A DNA stretch of 64,000 nt. Source: Candidatus Saccharimonadota bacterium. GTDB taxonomy: Bacteria > Patescibacteriota > Saccharimonadia > Saccharimonadales > JAXHMH01. The position numbers and the translations under genes are program-made. Shown here in pieces: positions 1-9,817 of the stretch. The DNA lies in NCBI GenBank assembly GCA_034521515.1, contig JAXHMH010000002.1, positions 576,444 to 640,443 on the forward strand, read 5' to 3'. Positions within the stretch are counted from its first letter, which is position 1. Every line of letters starts with the position of its first letter. The notes beneath the pieces were generated by a model, which was given only the letters and a program-made list of their open reading frames with translations, was not told where the DNA came from and searched no databases.

Positions 1-386
1 AGCTCGACGTTGGACTTTAACAGTTAGCTCAGCAGGTCGCTTGTCAGCGTTATAGACACATCTGAATAGATGCAAAAGATTCAATTAGCGACGCTAAGGA
101 AACTGTAGCAAACTTGTTTGCTCGCAGTAACTTTGCACTCGCACCAGCTACAGTTTAATTACTGGTAGCCGTACCTAACAAGACACCTTGGTATTGTCTA
201 GGTACGTCATATCACCAAGGTTGCTCTTAGCGATTGATTCTTAAGCTAAGCTAAGACATAAGAATCAAGCTTTACGGTCTTTTGGCTGTTTTTACTCCGT
301 AAAGTTATACCAAATAGCCTAAACCTGTAGGACAGACTAACTAGTTGAACTAGCGGACGCGGGGGCAGTACCCGCCAGCTCCACCA
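1..386 (+). ncRNA. ssrA: tmRNA (SsrA), 5' end cut by window edge
   Basis: The window opens with ..GCTCGACG.., as near a tmRNA 5' end. An internal tag-like frame at 108-158 reads gca aac ttg ttt gct cgc agt aac ttt gca ctc gca cca gct aca gtt TAA (ANLFARSNFALAPATV*). The tRNA-like 3' end GGACGCGGG-GGCAGTA-CCCGCCAGCTCCACCA ends at 386. Confidence 0.65.
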
Positions 387-546
387 TTCTTCGCTCACTT
401 TCGTGAGCTACGAATGGCAGGCCATTTTACGAACTGGGTTGCCATACATTGCTCATAAAGAGATTAGCGAAGAATGCCCTTCGAAGCTCTTGACCTTCGA
501 AGCTTTAGCGGAGAAGGTTTAGCGAAGTAGGGCTATAATTAGTTGT

Positions 547-789
547 ATGAACTTTGTATACATACTTCAAAGCGAAACTAATAAATCAAAATATTACTAC
601 GGTAAGACTCAGGATCTGAAAAGCCGATTAAAACAGCATAATTCAGGTCAATCAGGTCATACAAAGAAATATATCCCGTGGAAGATTGTTTGGTATGGCT
701 GTTTTGAATCGCCTGAAAAAGCTTCTGAGTTCGAGGCATATCTCAAAACTGCCTCAGGCAAAGCATTCTTAAGAAAACGACTGGTATAG
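547..789 (+). CDS. GIY-YIG nuclease superfamily protein (UPF0213-like, 80 aa)
   Basis: The N-terminus FVYILQS...YYYGKTQDLKSRLKQHN matches the GIY-(x)-YIG pattern. TATAAT lies ~7 nt upstream of the ATG, so the mRNA may be leaderless. Confidence 0.8.
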   Translation: MNFVYILQSETNKSKYYYGKTQDLKSRLKQHNSGQSGHTKKYIPWKIVWYGCFESPEKASEFEAYLKTASGKAFLRKRLV

Positions 790-811
790 ACCGCGTGGCT
801 TTTTGTATTTA

Positions 812-1372
812 TTACTTATTTCGAAGTGGTTTCAGGGCGGAGGCCCATGAGGATAGTTGGTCGAGCATAGCGTGGGCGGCTCGTTCATGATGATCTTTGG
901 GCTGGACTTGTAGTTCGTCAAAATCATCGCGGTTCATAAGTGTGACCTGTCCGCGAACATCAGCCATCTGCAATTGCCCAGCAATGCTACGCCAGTGCTC
1001 CACAGAACGCACGCCTCCAACGCCACCGTAGCTTACAAATCCTACGGCCTTGTTGTTCCATTCGCTGTATAAAAAGTCGACGGCGTTTTTCATGGCGCTA
1101 GGCACGCTGTGGTTATATTCTGGAGTCACAAAAACGTAGCCGTCGGCCTCATTAATCTTGGCGCTCCAGTGTTTGGTGTGTTCATGTACATAATTTTTGC
1201 TGCCGGCTGGTTCTGGTTCGTCCAGTAAAGGTAGGTTGTAATCTTTGATATCAACTAGTTCTGCCTCTATATCATCACGAGTTTTGGCGAGTTCATAAAC
1301 CCATTGTGTCACGCTTTCGCCGCGTCGGTTTGGGCGTGTGCTGCCAAGAATAATCTGAATCTTTATCGCCAT
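812..1372 (-). CDS. NADPH-dependent FMN reductase family protein
   Basis: ILGSTRPNRRG...FVTPEYNHSVPSAMKNAVDFL is a typical flavodoxin-like FMN reductase signature. Confidence 0.85.
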   Translation of the reverse strand: MAIKIQIILGSTRPNRRGESVTQWVYELAKTRDDIEAELVDIKDYNLPLLDEPEPAGSKNYVHEHTKHWSAKINEADGYVFVTPEYNHSVPSAMKNAVDFLYSEWNNKAVGFVSYGGVGGVRSVEHWRSIAGQLQMADVRGQVTLMNRDDFDELQVQPKDHHERAAHAMLDQLSSWASALKPLRNK

Positions 1373-1562
1373 ACGAGCCTCCTATACGTACCCAGTGTAA
1401 CAAATTTACATAAAGTGTAGCAGTATCAAACCAAGCAGAATAAACTGTAGGTTTCAGGGGTGAGGTGTGTTATAATAAAGTCAAGAGTAAGGCGTTTGCC
1501 ACTTTTGGCGAGCGTCATTTTTATTGAAAACTAATGAGCCAATATAAATTAACGAGTAACGT

Positions 1563-3560
1563 ATGAGCACTATTCAAGACCCTACTAAAATCCGTAACAT
1601 CGCAATCATTGCGCATGTTGATCATGGTAAAACCACGCTGGTTGACGGTCTATTAAAGCAATCTAAAACTTTTCGTGATAATCAGGCAGAGATGAGCCAG
1701 GATCTTATCATGGACAGTGGCGATCAAGAGAAAGAACGCGGTATTACGATTACTGCCAAGGTCACTGCCGTGCAACACGATGATTACCGGATTAACATAG
1801 TCGATACCCCGGGACACGCTGACTTCTCAGGTGAAGTGGAGCGCACCTTAAACATGGCAGACGGCTGCATTTTGGTAGTCGACGCTCAAGAAGGCCCGAT
1901 GCCACAAACTAAGTTTGTACTCAGTAAGGCTCTGGCTGCCGAACTCAAACCAATAGTAATTATTAACAAAATTGATAAGGGTGGCTCCAGAATAAAAGAA
2001 GTTGAGAATGAACTTGCTGATTTATTTTTGGAACTGGCAGTCCACGAAGACCAACTACACTACCCGGTATACTACGCGATTGCCCGCGATGGTAAGTCAT
2101 GGGAGTCTACGCCAGAAAATCCCGAAGCACCTGCTGACTTAGAGACAATCTTCCAGGCTATTATTAAGGAAATACCAGCCCCAGCCGTAGAGCTTAATAA
2201 ACCGTTTCAGATGCTAGTGACCGCTTTGGCTTACGATACGTTTAAAGGTAAATACGCCATTGGGCGTATTAGGCGAGGCAATGTAAAGTCCGGCGACACT
2301 GTAACTCTATGTCAAAAAGACGGCGGTCAAGTAAAAGCGCGAGTCGACAATGTATACATGAGTCAAGGGGTAATAAAATTTGAAGTACCTAGGGGTGTAG
2401 CTGGCGACATTGTGCAACTCACGGGTATTGCAAACGCTCAGATTGGCGAAACCATAGCCGATGCAGACGAACCCGAGGCTTTGCCGATCATGGAAGTAGA
2501 AGCTCCGACACTTAAGATTTATTTGGGTCCAAACACCAGCCCATTTAAGGGTACGGAGGGTGAATATACGACCAGCCGACAAATAGGTGAGCGACTACAT
2601 AAGGAGTTGGAAACTAACGTTGGTTTGCGCGTCGAAGAAGACGGTATTGGCTTCTTGGTATCCGGACGCGGTGAATTGCACCTAAGCGTATTGATAGAAA
2701 CCATGCGCCGTGAAGGGTATGAGTTTGAAGTCGGCCGCCCAACTGTCGTGTTACGCAAACAAATGGATGTGCCACAGGGCATGCGCTTGAGTGTTCCGCA
2801 AGGCGACAGCGAAGCACGGAGCGAGCCGTACGAGGGGTACGGTGAAGTGAGTACTGGAGCTGGCAACACAGCGGAAGGCCAAGAGAACCAGCGGGTGGGC
2901 GGCTCTGCCGGTCAGCAGGCTGGTTCGGCGCATGCGATGTGGGAGCCCATTGAAGAATTGGTCATAGAAGTACCAGCCGAACATGTCGGTAGTGTGCAAA
3001 TGGAGCTGGGTAAACGACGAGCAGAGCTTATAGAGCAGTTTGCTGGCACTAAGGATGTAACCAAACTTGTATACAAACTGCCAACCCGTGCGCTGCTGGG
3101 TCTGCGTAATATTATGATTACTAATACCAAGGGCACGATTATCATGAACAGCCTGATGATTGGCTACCAGCCACTTGGTGCACCTTTGCAGCAGCTTCGC
3201 AACGGTGTGTTGATTGCCTTTGAAGCCGGCACTACGACGCCTTATTCGCTTGAAACAGCCGCCTCACGCGGTGAAGTTTTTGTTGGTGCTGCCGAGAAGG
3301 TTTATGCCGGACAAATTGTGGGTCTTAATAAGCGCCAAGAAGATATGGAAATCAATGTTTGTAAAGCCAAACACCTGACCAATATGCGCAGCAGCAGTAG
3401 CGACGGCGTAGTGCAGCTGACACCGCCAACCATCTTGAGCCTAGAAGAATGCCTGGATTTTATAGAAAAGGACGAGTTATTAGAAGTCACGCCCAAAAAT
3501 CTACGCCTGCGCAAACGCGAACTAGACCCCAATAAACGCAAACGCGCCAACAAAAAATAA
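1563..3560 (+). CDS. typA: Translational GTPase TypA/BipA carrying a ~61-aa internal insertion
   Basis: G1-G4 motifs are present ([18 protein letters not shown]) and BipA-like domains follow throughout. At 665 aa it is longer than the usual ~600-610 aa. Confidence 0.95.
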   Translation: MSTIQDPTKIRNIAIIAHVDHGKTTLVDGLLKQSKTFRDNQAEMSQDLIMDSGDQEKERGITITAKVTAVQHDDYRINIVDTPGHADFSGEVERTLNMADGCILVVDAQEGPMPQTKFVLSKALAAELKPIVIINKIDKGGSRIKEVENELADLFLELAVHEDQLHYPVYYAIARDGKSWESTPENPEAPADLETIFQAIIKEIPAPAVELNKPFQMLVTALAYDTFKGKYAIGRIRRGNVKSGDTVTLCQKDGGQVKARVDNVYMSQGVIKFEVPRGVAGDIVQLTGIANAQIGETIADADEPEALPIMEVEAPTLKIYLGPNTSPFKGTEGEYTTSRQIGERLHKELETNVGLRVEEDGIGFLVSGRGELHLSVLIETMRREGYEFEVGRPTVVLRKQMDVPQGMRLSVPQGDSEARSEPYEGYGEVSTGAGNTAEGQENQRVGGSAGQQAGSAHAMWEPIEELVIEVPAEHVGSVQMELGKRRAELIEQFAGTKDVTKLVYKLPTRALLGLRNIMITNTKGTIIMNSLMIGYQPLGAPLQQLRNGVLIAFEAGTTTPYSLETAASRGEVFVGAAEKVYAGQIVGLNKRQEDMEINVCKAKHLTNMRSSSSDGVVQLTPPTILSLEECLDFIEKDELLEVTPKNLRLRKRELDPNKRKRANKK

Positions 3561-3600
3561 CCAATAGCAGATAATTAACCCACCCACCCAACCAAACAAA

Positions 3601-3642
3601 GCATTATACAAAATTGCACATATGCGTAATTTTGTATAATGC
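3601..3642. other. Perfect 15-bp stem hairpin (gcattatacaaaatt / aattttgtataatgc, 12-nt loop)
   Basis: Read directly from the sequence. The loop/right-arm motif ttgcacatatg.g.a.ttttgta..a.gctgc recurs at 3868-3905. Confidence 0.8.
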
Positions 3643-3926
3643 TGCATGTGGTAAAGTATTCTGATTGTGGTCGTAAAGCTTAATTGTTAACTCATTAGTT
3701 ATGTCTAATCAGGTTGGTTTGCTGGTACTGGGGTTGGGCAGGGCAAAAAGCAAGGTCTGGTCATTACGCAAGCCGGCTTGCGTAATGAAACTTTTTCTTG
3801 AACATGCACTGTGAAAAAAGCTCAAAATAATGATTTGGGCACTTTACCTAATTAAACTTATTACCATTTTGCACATATGTGCATTTTTGTAAGAAGCTGC
3901 GTGTTAGCAGAATGTCAACATATGCA

Positions 3927-3982
3927 GGGTGTAGGGTACAGGGTGAAGGGTTTAGGGTGAAGGTTGCAGGGTGAAGGGTGCA
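3927..3982 (+). repeat. Eight tandem GGGTNNA heptamers (G-tract array)
   Basis: The array reads gggtgta gggtaca gggtgaa gggttta gggtgaa ggttgca gggtgaa gggtgca. Confidence 0.9.
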
Positions 3983-4054
3983 GCACAAAAAGAAGCAGAG
4001 TCTACCAAACATGCGTGTAATCGTGTGTTTTCGTAACTAGGGGCTTCTGCTAAC

Positions 4055-4200
4055 TCCTAAACCCCATACCCCACACAACCCTAAACCCTAAACCCCAGAA
4101 CATTTCATCCTAATCTCTCCACCCTAAACCCTTCACCCTTAACCCTGTCTCCACCCTACACCCTATACCCTATACCCTGTACCCTAGCCCTTCCCTCTGC
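4055..4200 (+). repeat. C-rich ACCCTNN heptamer tract, partly the reverse complement of 3927-3982
   Basis: It contains ccctaaaccctaaacccc and caccctaaacccttcaccct, the latter a 20-nt exact reverse complement within the G-rich array. It also contains accctacaccc and accctgtaccct. Confidence 0.9.
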
Positions 4201-4314
4201 TATACTACCTACCATAAGCAAGTAGGCAAGACAGTAAGACAGCAAGACAGTGGAGCCACTATCAAACGGTTAATACAAACACTAGCCACAGATATCAAAA
4301 AGACACTTAGCTTC

Positions 4315-5175
4315 ATGGGCGAGCGGATTGTTCCTATCCTGATTGCCGTACTATTGCTTGGTATTGGCGGTGCAGTGTTTGCCAACCTAAACCCACCAGC
4401 CCCACCAACTGATCCGTCCAGTCAGAGCTACACCCTAGATGATCTATGCAACCGCCTAGAAACAGGTGCCACCGGCAGTATGGTGGCAACTTTCACCGAA
4501 CCAACGTCTGGCCCGGGTGATAGTACCCCGATGTGTAGCTTAGATGAACTGTTCGGCCTACTACCAGAAGTAGATGAGGATTGCGCCGAGTCAAGCCAGG
4601 TCATACCAGGCTCTACCTACTGGAGTTTGTGTGACACAAGTGAGTTCGGTGAGGGCTTCATTTCAATCTCACTCGCGGCTACCGGTCAAGACACCTGCTA
4701 CGATGCCGCAGGCAGTGTCATAGCTTGTGCCGGTACTGGCCAAGATGGTGAGTACCAAATGGGTCAAACCGCCAGCCCACGTTTCACCGACAACAGCGAC
4801 GGCACCGTAACCGACAACCTCACTGGCCTAATATGGCTCAAGAACGCTAATTGCTTTGGTACAGAAACATGGGCCAATGCTCTGAGTGAAGCCAATGGAC
4901 TGGCCAGTGGCTCTTGCGGGCTTACCGATGGCAGTAGTGCCGGAGATTGGCGGCTACCTAACATTACCGAACTAGAGAGCATAGTTTATTTACAGGAAAC
5001 CTTCCCGACACTACCAATTGGCCACCCTTTTAGTGGTATGGAATCAAGTTTTTACTGGACATCTACTACAAGAATGTCCTTTAGGCCCACTGTTTGGACT
5101 ATTAACTTCGGCACGGGATGGATCTCAGGTAGATATAAGACTGATACCGGCTACTACGTGTGGCCAGTACGTTAA
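4315..5175 (+). CDS. Exported DUF1566 (Lcl C-terminal-like) domain protein
   Basis: It has an N-terminal TM/signal segment. The C-terminal FTDNSDGTVTDNLTGLIWLKNANCFG...GDWRLPN..EL pattern is typical of DUF1566. Confidence 0.8.
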   Translation: MGERIVPILIAVLLLGIGGAVFANLNPPAPPTDPSSQSYTLDDLCNRLETGATGSMVATFTEPTSGPGDSTPMCSLDELFGLLPEVDEDCAESSQVIPGSTYWSLCDTSEFGEGFISISLAATGQDTCYDAAGSVIACAGTGQDGEYQMGQTASPRFTDNSDGTVTDNLTGLIWLKNANCFGTETWANALSEANGLASGSCGLTDGSSAGDWRLPNITELESIVYLQETFPTLPIGHPFSGMESSFYWTSTTRMSFRPTVWTINFGTGWISGRYKTDTGYYVWPVR

Positions 5176-5406
5176 GAGGGCGGCCTTAAGAAAAAACACA
5201 GCCACAATCTAAGATATTTATTTCAATTAACATTATTGTCCACCTGTTCCAATTTATTGCTAGTTATACATTTCCACGGAGGGGTTCTCGTAAGTATTTC
5301 CGAAAAAATCGCAAAATAAACCAGTAGAGCCACACGGAGTAACTGGATATACGAGTTAATCTCGGACACAACGCAAGATACTATAATTGACCAACGATTT
5401 TAATCA

Positions 5407-6387
5407 TTAACGTACGGGCCATAGGTAGTGGGTATCGGTCTTAGCACCATGGCTACTACTACCGGCTAAATGTACAGTCCATGCCGTAGACTCGTCATAC
5501 AACCTAGTAGTTGATGTCCAGTAAGTATTATTTGTCACGCTGGTAAAAGGGTGGCCAATTGGCAGTGAGGCAAACGCTTGCTGATAGTCAATTAAACTTA
5601 GGACTTCTTTCCGGTTTGATAGCCGCCAATCGCCTGAGATAGATCCGTCACTCAAACCACAAGTGCCACTCGCGAGAGTGTTAGCATCCGACAAAGCTTG
5701 CTCCCATGTTCTGCTATCAAAGCAATTAGCGTTCTTGAGCCATATTAGGCCAGTGAGGTTGTCGGTTACGGTGCCGTCGTTGTTGTCAGTGAACCGAGGG
5801 CTGGTGGCTACACCATACTGGTACTCACCGTCTTGGCCAGTACCGGCACATGAGATGGGGTCTCCGGCTACGTCGTAACAATCAGTTTGTCCGCTAGCCG
5901 GTAACTGCACCGGCCACTCAGTCTCGACATCTGCTGCTGTTCCAGTCAAGTATCCCCATTCGCCACTGCATAATCCCCAATAGGTTTGGCCGTCTATTAC
6001 GTCACTTGGCTGAGCGCAATTGGTGTCATCTACTTCCGGCATGAGAGCCATTAAGTCATTGAGACTATGCATAGTAGTGCTACTTGGTCCGCTGGTTGGC
6101 CCGACGAAACCGGATTGGGTTGGCGAAGCAGAGCCAGTCGTTAGCTTCTCATAAACTTGATTTAGTGTCGGACGCTGCGAACTAGGGCTATTGGGGCCAC
6201 TTGGTGGGGTGAGTTGAGCCAAGGCTACACCTGGCCATAAACCAGCGCAAACCACCAAACCCAATAATACTAACCCCGGTCTATAGATAGACCTAAGAGC
6301 CTGCTTTAATGATACAAATGTTGGTTTTGATTTCTGGCTCAACATCACGCTTGTCCTTTGTCTTATTGTAGCACAATAAAGCAGCAT
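5407..6387 (-). CDS. Exported DUF1566 domain protein, paralog of 4315..5175 (start more likely Met15 at 6345)
   Basis: Domain order matches the paralog (FTDNNDGTVTDNLTGLIWLKNANCF...GDWRLSN). The two genes are convergent. Confidence 0.8.
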   Translation of the reverse strand: MLLYCATIRQRTSVMLSQKSKPTFVSLKQALRSIYRPGLVLLGLVVCAGLWPGVALAQLTPPSGPNSPSSQRPTLNQVYEKLTTGSASPTQSGFVGPTSGPSSTTMHSLNDLMALMPEVDDTNCAQPSDVIDGQTYWGLCSGEWGYLTGTAADVETEWPVQLPASGQTDCYDVAGDPISCAGTGQDGEYQYGVATSPRFTDNNDGTVTDNLTGLIWLKNANCFDSRTWEQALSDANTLASGTCGLSDGSISGDWRLSNRKEVLSLIDYQQAFASLPIGHPFTSVTNNTYWTSTTRLYDESTAWTVHLAGSSSHGAKTDTHYLWPVR

Positions 6388-6492
6388 CAGAGGAGTACCT
6401 CTATTGCATTAAAAACTTAACACCAAATCACTTTACTTAACTAGGATTACTAGATTTTAAAACATATTTTGCTGTGATTTTGGGGTAGGGGA

Positions 6493-6522
6493 ATAAACGC
6501 GCCACTCGACTGGCGCGTTTAT
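6493..6522. terminator. Hairpin ataaacgcgcca-ctcgac-tggcgcgtttat (bidirectional terminator-like)
   Basis: A perfect 12-bp stem with A/T-rich flanks sits between divergently arranged genes. Confidence 0.6.
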
Positions 6523-6695
6523 AGATGTCTAGTTAAATACTGGGATAATGGCGCGGTTAGTGTTGACATTTGACATATATCGTGCTAGAGTTTACTGATT
6601 GTTAAAAGTGAATCCGAGTCTGTTAGTTTAGATATTTTGGCTTCATTTGAACAAGCTAGGTATCAATAACTAATAACACACAAGGATTCTTTTTT

Positions 6696-7913
6696 ATGCC
6701 TTATAACACAACTAAACGACGTCACTCGGTATATTCGAGTGCCCGTAACAACAGTAGCCGCCGCCCAGGTGGTAATGCTCGTGGTAATAACCGTGGTCAG
6801 CGCCGTGGTCAATATATTAATCCGGATCGTTTTGTCCAAAAGGCAAAGCCGATCGATACACCCGACTACGTACCGCAAAACACCTTTGCGGACTTTAAGG
6901 TGCATGACTTAATCAAGCAAAACCTGACAGCTAAGGGATACAAAATTCCTTCTGCTATTCAGGATCAGACTATCCCAATGGGGCTTATCGGCCAGGATAT
7001 CATTGGTATTGCTAATACCGGAACCGGTAAGACGGCAGCTTTTGCAGTACCAGTGCTACACAAATTAATGCAAGACAAGAACAGCAACGCTCTTATCGTG
7101 GCACCAACCCGTGAGTTGGCGCAGCAGATCGAGGACGAGCTCAAGTCTATTGCCAAAGGTAGCGGTTTGACGGGCGTACTGCTTATAGGCGGTACATCAA
7201 TGGGTCCGCAGCTACGTGACCTGCGTAATCGTCCTCGAGTCGTTATAGGTACGCCGGGACGTATCAAAGACCACATCGAGCGTAAAACACTCAAACTAGA
7301 CATATTTAATGTAGTGGTATTAGACGAAGTCGACCGCATGCTTGATATGGGATTCATTGCGGACGTGCGGTTTATACTGAGCAATTTGCATAAAGAGCGC
7401 CAATCATTTTTCTTCAGCGCTACCATGGACGCTAAAGTACAGCAGCTGATTGAGACGTTTTCGAACGATCCGGTAGCCGTATCCGTAAAAACTGGTGAGA
7501 CTAGCGACAACGTTAACCAAGATGTTATACGGTTCCGTGGCAACATGGAAAAGATAGACAAGTTGCATGAAGTTTTGATCCAGGACGAAGTTGCTAAGAT
7601 TATCTTGTTTGATGAAACTCAACGCAGCGTGGAACGCCTCAGTAACGAGCTGATTGCTCGTGGCTTTAAAGCCGACGCCATTCACGGTGGCAAAAGCCAG
7701 GGTCAGCGTCAACGCGCTTTAAATCGCTTTAAAAAGAATGAGATATCGATACTGGTTGCAACCGATGTGGCGGCTCGTGGAATTGACGTAGTGGATATAA
7801 CGCACGTGATTAACTATTCTACCCCACAGAGTTACCAAGATTACTCTCACCGTGTAGGTCGTGCCGGCCGCGCCGGACGCCCGGGCGAAGCGTTGACATT
7901 TGTATCGCACTAA
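6696..7913 (+). CDS. DEAD-box ATP-dependent RNA helicase with N-terminal R/G/N-rich tail
   Basis: Motifs AIQDQTIP (Q), NTGTGKT (I), DEVD (II), SAT (III) and HRVGRAGRAG (VI). Confidence 0.93.
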   Translation: MPYNTTKRRHSVYSSARNNSSRRPGGNARGNNRGQRRGQYINPDRFVQKAKPIDTPDYVPQNTFADFKVHDLIKQNLTAKGYKIPSAIQDQTIPMGLIGQDIIGIANTGTGKTAAFAVPVLHKLMQDKNSNALIVAPTRELAQQIEDELKSIAKGSGLTGVLLIGGTSMGPQLRDLRNRPRVVIGTPGRIKDHIERKTLKLDIFNVVVLDEVDRMLDMGFIADVRFILSNLHKERQSFFFSATMDAKVQQLIETFSNDPVAVSVKTGETSDNVNQDVIRFRGNMEKIDKLHEVLIQDEVAKIILFDETQRSVERLSNELIARGFKADAIHGGKSQGQRQRALNRFKKNEISILVATDVAARGIDVVDITHVINYSTPQSYQDYSHRVGRAGRAGRPGEALTFVSH

Positions 7914-8077
7914 TAAATACCAACATTTCCAGAGCGTAAATTACATCAACGCAAAAACAGTGTGTTGGTTAATATAAGGAATTTGCCAGATGGTACTAAA
8001 AAATTAGAGGTAGAGAAAAGCGGTTTTTACTCCCGTTACTCCTTGACCAGAGGAGAGAAACCGCCTAATCTGAAGTT

Positions 8078-9352
8078 ATGCTTGATCGCGCACGTAACGC
8101 GGCTCAGATCGTCCGAAACAATATGACGTTCCTGCGCAGCGCCAAAAATATAAAACCCGAAGAAGTACGCGAAGCGCGCCAATATATACGTGGTTACTGG
8201 AAGCGACTGGAGCGTAAACACCGTAAAGATGATGAGAGTTTACTTGGGCTACCCAACAAATATCTCGTGCCGGCGTACGAAGAAGGGCACGAGTTTGACT
8301 TTAACGAGATGTATTACTGGGACAGCTATTTTATGGCGCAGGGATTGTATGACGAGCGACACAAAGACCTTCTTGTCGGCATTGTTGACAACCTGATTTA
8401 TATGTTTAAGCGGTTTAAGATTATTCCAAACGCTTCGCGTACTTATCTTATGGGACGTAGTCAGCCACCGTTTCTAACCAGTTTTATATGGGAAGTGTAC
8501 GAAGCTTATAACCTTAGTGATAAGTGGCTTAAAGATGCTATGGCAGTGGCCGAGGCCGAATACACAACTGTCTGGATGGGAACAGTCAAACCAAACGTAA
8601 GGCAGGTGCATGAAGGGCTCAGTCGCTACTATGACATCAACTATCTGCACAACTTGGCTGAGGCGGAAAGTGGCTGGGACATGACGCCGCGGTTTGGGCA
8701 TAAATGTTTGGAATATTTACCAGTGGATTTAAACGCGCTGTTATACAAATATGAAATGGATTTTGCGCGCTATTATCGTCACCTAAAGGATAAAAAGACA
8801 GCAGCCAAGTGGGAAGTTTCAGCCGACAAGAGGGCTAAAGTTATGAATAAGCTAATGTGGAGTGATTTACGAGGTTTATATTATGATTACAATTACGTTA
8901 AAAAACGCCGCGGTGGTGTAGCCTCACTGGCCAGTTTTTATCCGATGTGGGCTGGTATGGTAGATAAAAAACGAGCTGTTGATATGGTTGGATCTCTAAC
9001 TAGGTTTGAGAGTAAGGGCGGCTTGGCCACAACTGACGCACAGCCATCAAACCAGTTTATGCCAGGCAGCGTACCGACCCAGTGGGCGCACCCCAATGGC
9101 TGGGCGCCGCTTCACTATATTGTGGTTAAAGGTTTGCAGCGCTATGGCTACGACGACGACGCTCGCCGTATTGCTAACAAGTGGCTGCACACAAACTTAA
9201 ATTGGTATAACAAGCACGGTGTTTTCTTAGAGAAATATAATGTTGTTCAGCCGCACAAGCCGCCGCTCAAGGGTCTTTATCCGACCCAGACCGGGTTTGG
9301 TTGGAGTAATGCAGTATTTGAGAGACTCTGCCAAGAATACGTCGACGAGTGA
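8078..9352 (+). CDS. Trehalase (glycoside hydrolase family 37)
   Basis: YYWDSYF, RSQPPF, ESGWD, GGLATT and QTGFGWSN are GH37 signature blocks. Confidence 0.88.
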   Translation: MLDRARNAAQIVRNNMTFLRSAKNIKPEEVREARQYIRGYWKRLERKHRKDDESLLGLPNKYLVPAYEEGHEFDFNEMYYWDSYFMAQGLYDERHKDLLVGIVDNLIYMFKRFKIIPNASRTYLMGRSQPPFLTSFIWEVYEAYNLSDKWLKDAMAVAEAEYTTVWMGTVKPNVRQVHEGLSRYYDINYLHNLAEAESGWDMTPRFGHKCLEYLPVDLNALLYKYEMDFARYYRHLKDKKTAAKWEVSADKRAKVMNKLMWSDLRGLYYDYNYVKKRRGGVASLASFYPMWAGMVDKKRAVDMVGSLTRFESKGGLATTDAQPSNQFMPGSVPTQWAHPNGWAPLHYIVVKGLQRYGYDDDARRIANKWLHTNLNWYNKHGVFLEKYNVVQPHKPPLKGLYPTQTGFGWSNAVFERLCQEYVDE

Positions 9353-9594
9353 CGCATCGTCAGCCTGCTTGCTGGCGGAGCTTGCAACACCGCTGACTCG
9401 TAGCGCGCTGCTGTGTCAATGACTCCAGTGTTCCTTCACCGTACTATTTGTACGGCTCAGTCCACGCTTCGTCATTTCCGTGCATCGCATCTACGTGCGT
9501 CCCTCATCCCTTGTGTGCTGCATACAAGGCTATAGTCGTTGTTACTGATGTCCTCGAGCGCATCTTTTTTGGATTTTTGGGTTAGAATTAATGG

Positions 9595-9753
9595 GTGGAT
9601 AATGAAAATATTTTGCCTTGCGTAGATAAATTAGTGTTTGATACGAAGGAGCAAGCCATAGGCGGAGCAGTCGCAGTTAAATATCAGCGAGGTTTAGAGC
9701 TTAAAGTCTATCAATGCAGCCACTGTAGGTTGTGGCATCTGTCGTCTACCTAA
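9595..9753 (+). CDS. Small (52 aa) Cys-containing hypothetical protein, GTG start, below the ORF-track cutoff
   Basis: My own translation is (M)DNENILPCVDKLVFDTKEQAIGGAVAVKYQRGLELKVYQCSHCRLWHLSST*, with C...CxxC spacing. No clear SD was seen. Confidence 0.3.
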   Translation: MDNENILPCVDKLVFDTKEQAIGGAVAVKYQRGLELKVYQCSHCRLWHLSST

Positions 9754-9817
9754 AATGCTACTGTTTTGTTGACACTAAGCGTACAATTAAAGATAACCTA
9801 AAAAAGGCAAACAAAAA

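Noticed and set aside
2307-3553. Six minus-strand ORFs (67-116 aa) inside typA
   Set aside because: They lie entirely antisense to a strongly supported conserved gene. Their translations are low-complexity with no motifs, so they are typical shadow ORFs.
3927-4200. Possible CRISPR array or true telomere
   Set aside because: The units are 7 nt with no spacers, so this is not CRISPR. The CCCTAAA units are few, degenerate and internal to the contig between ordinary genes, so this is not a chromosome end.
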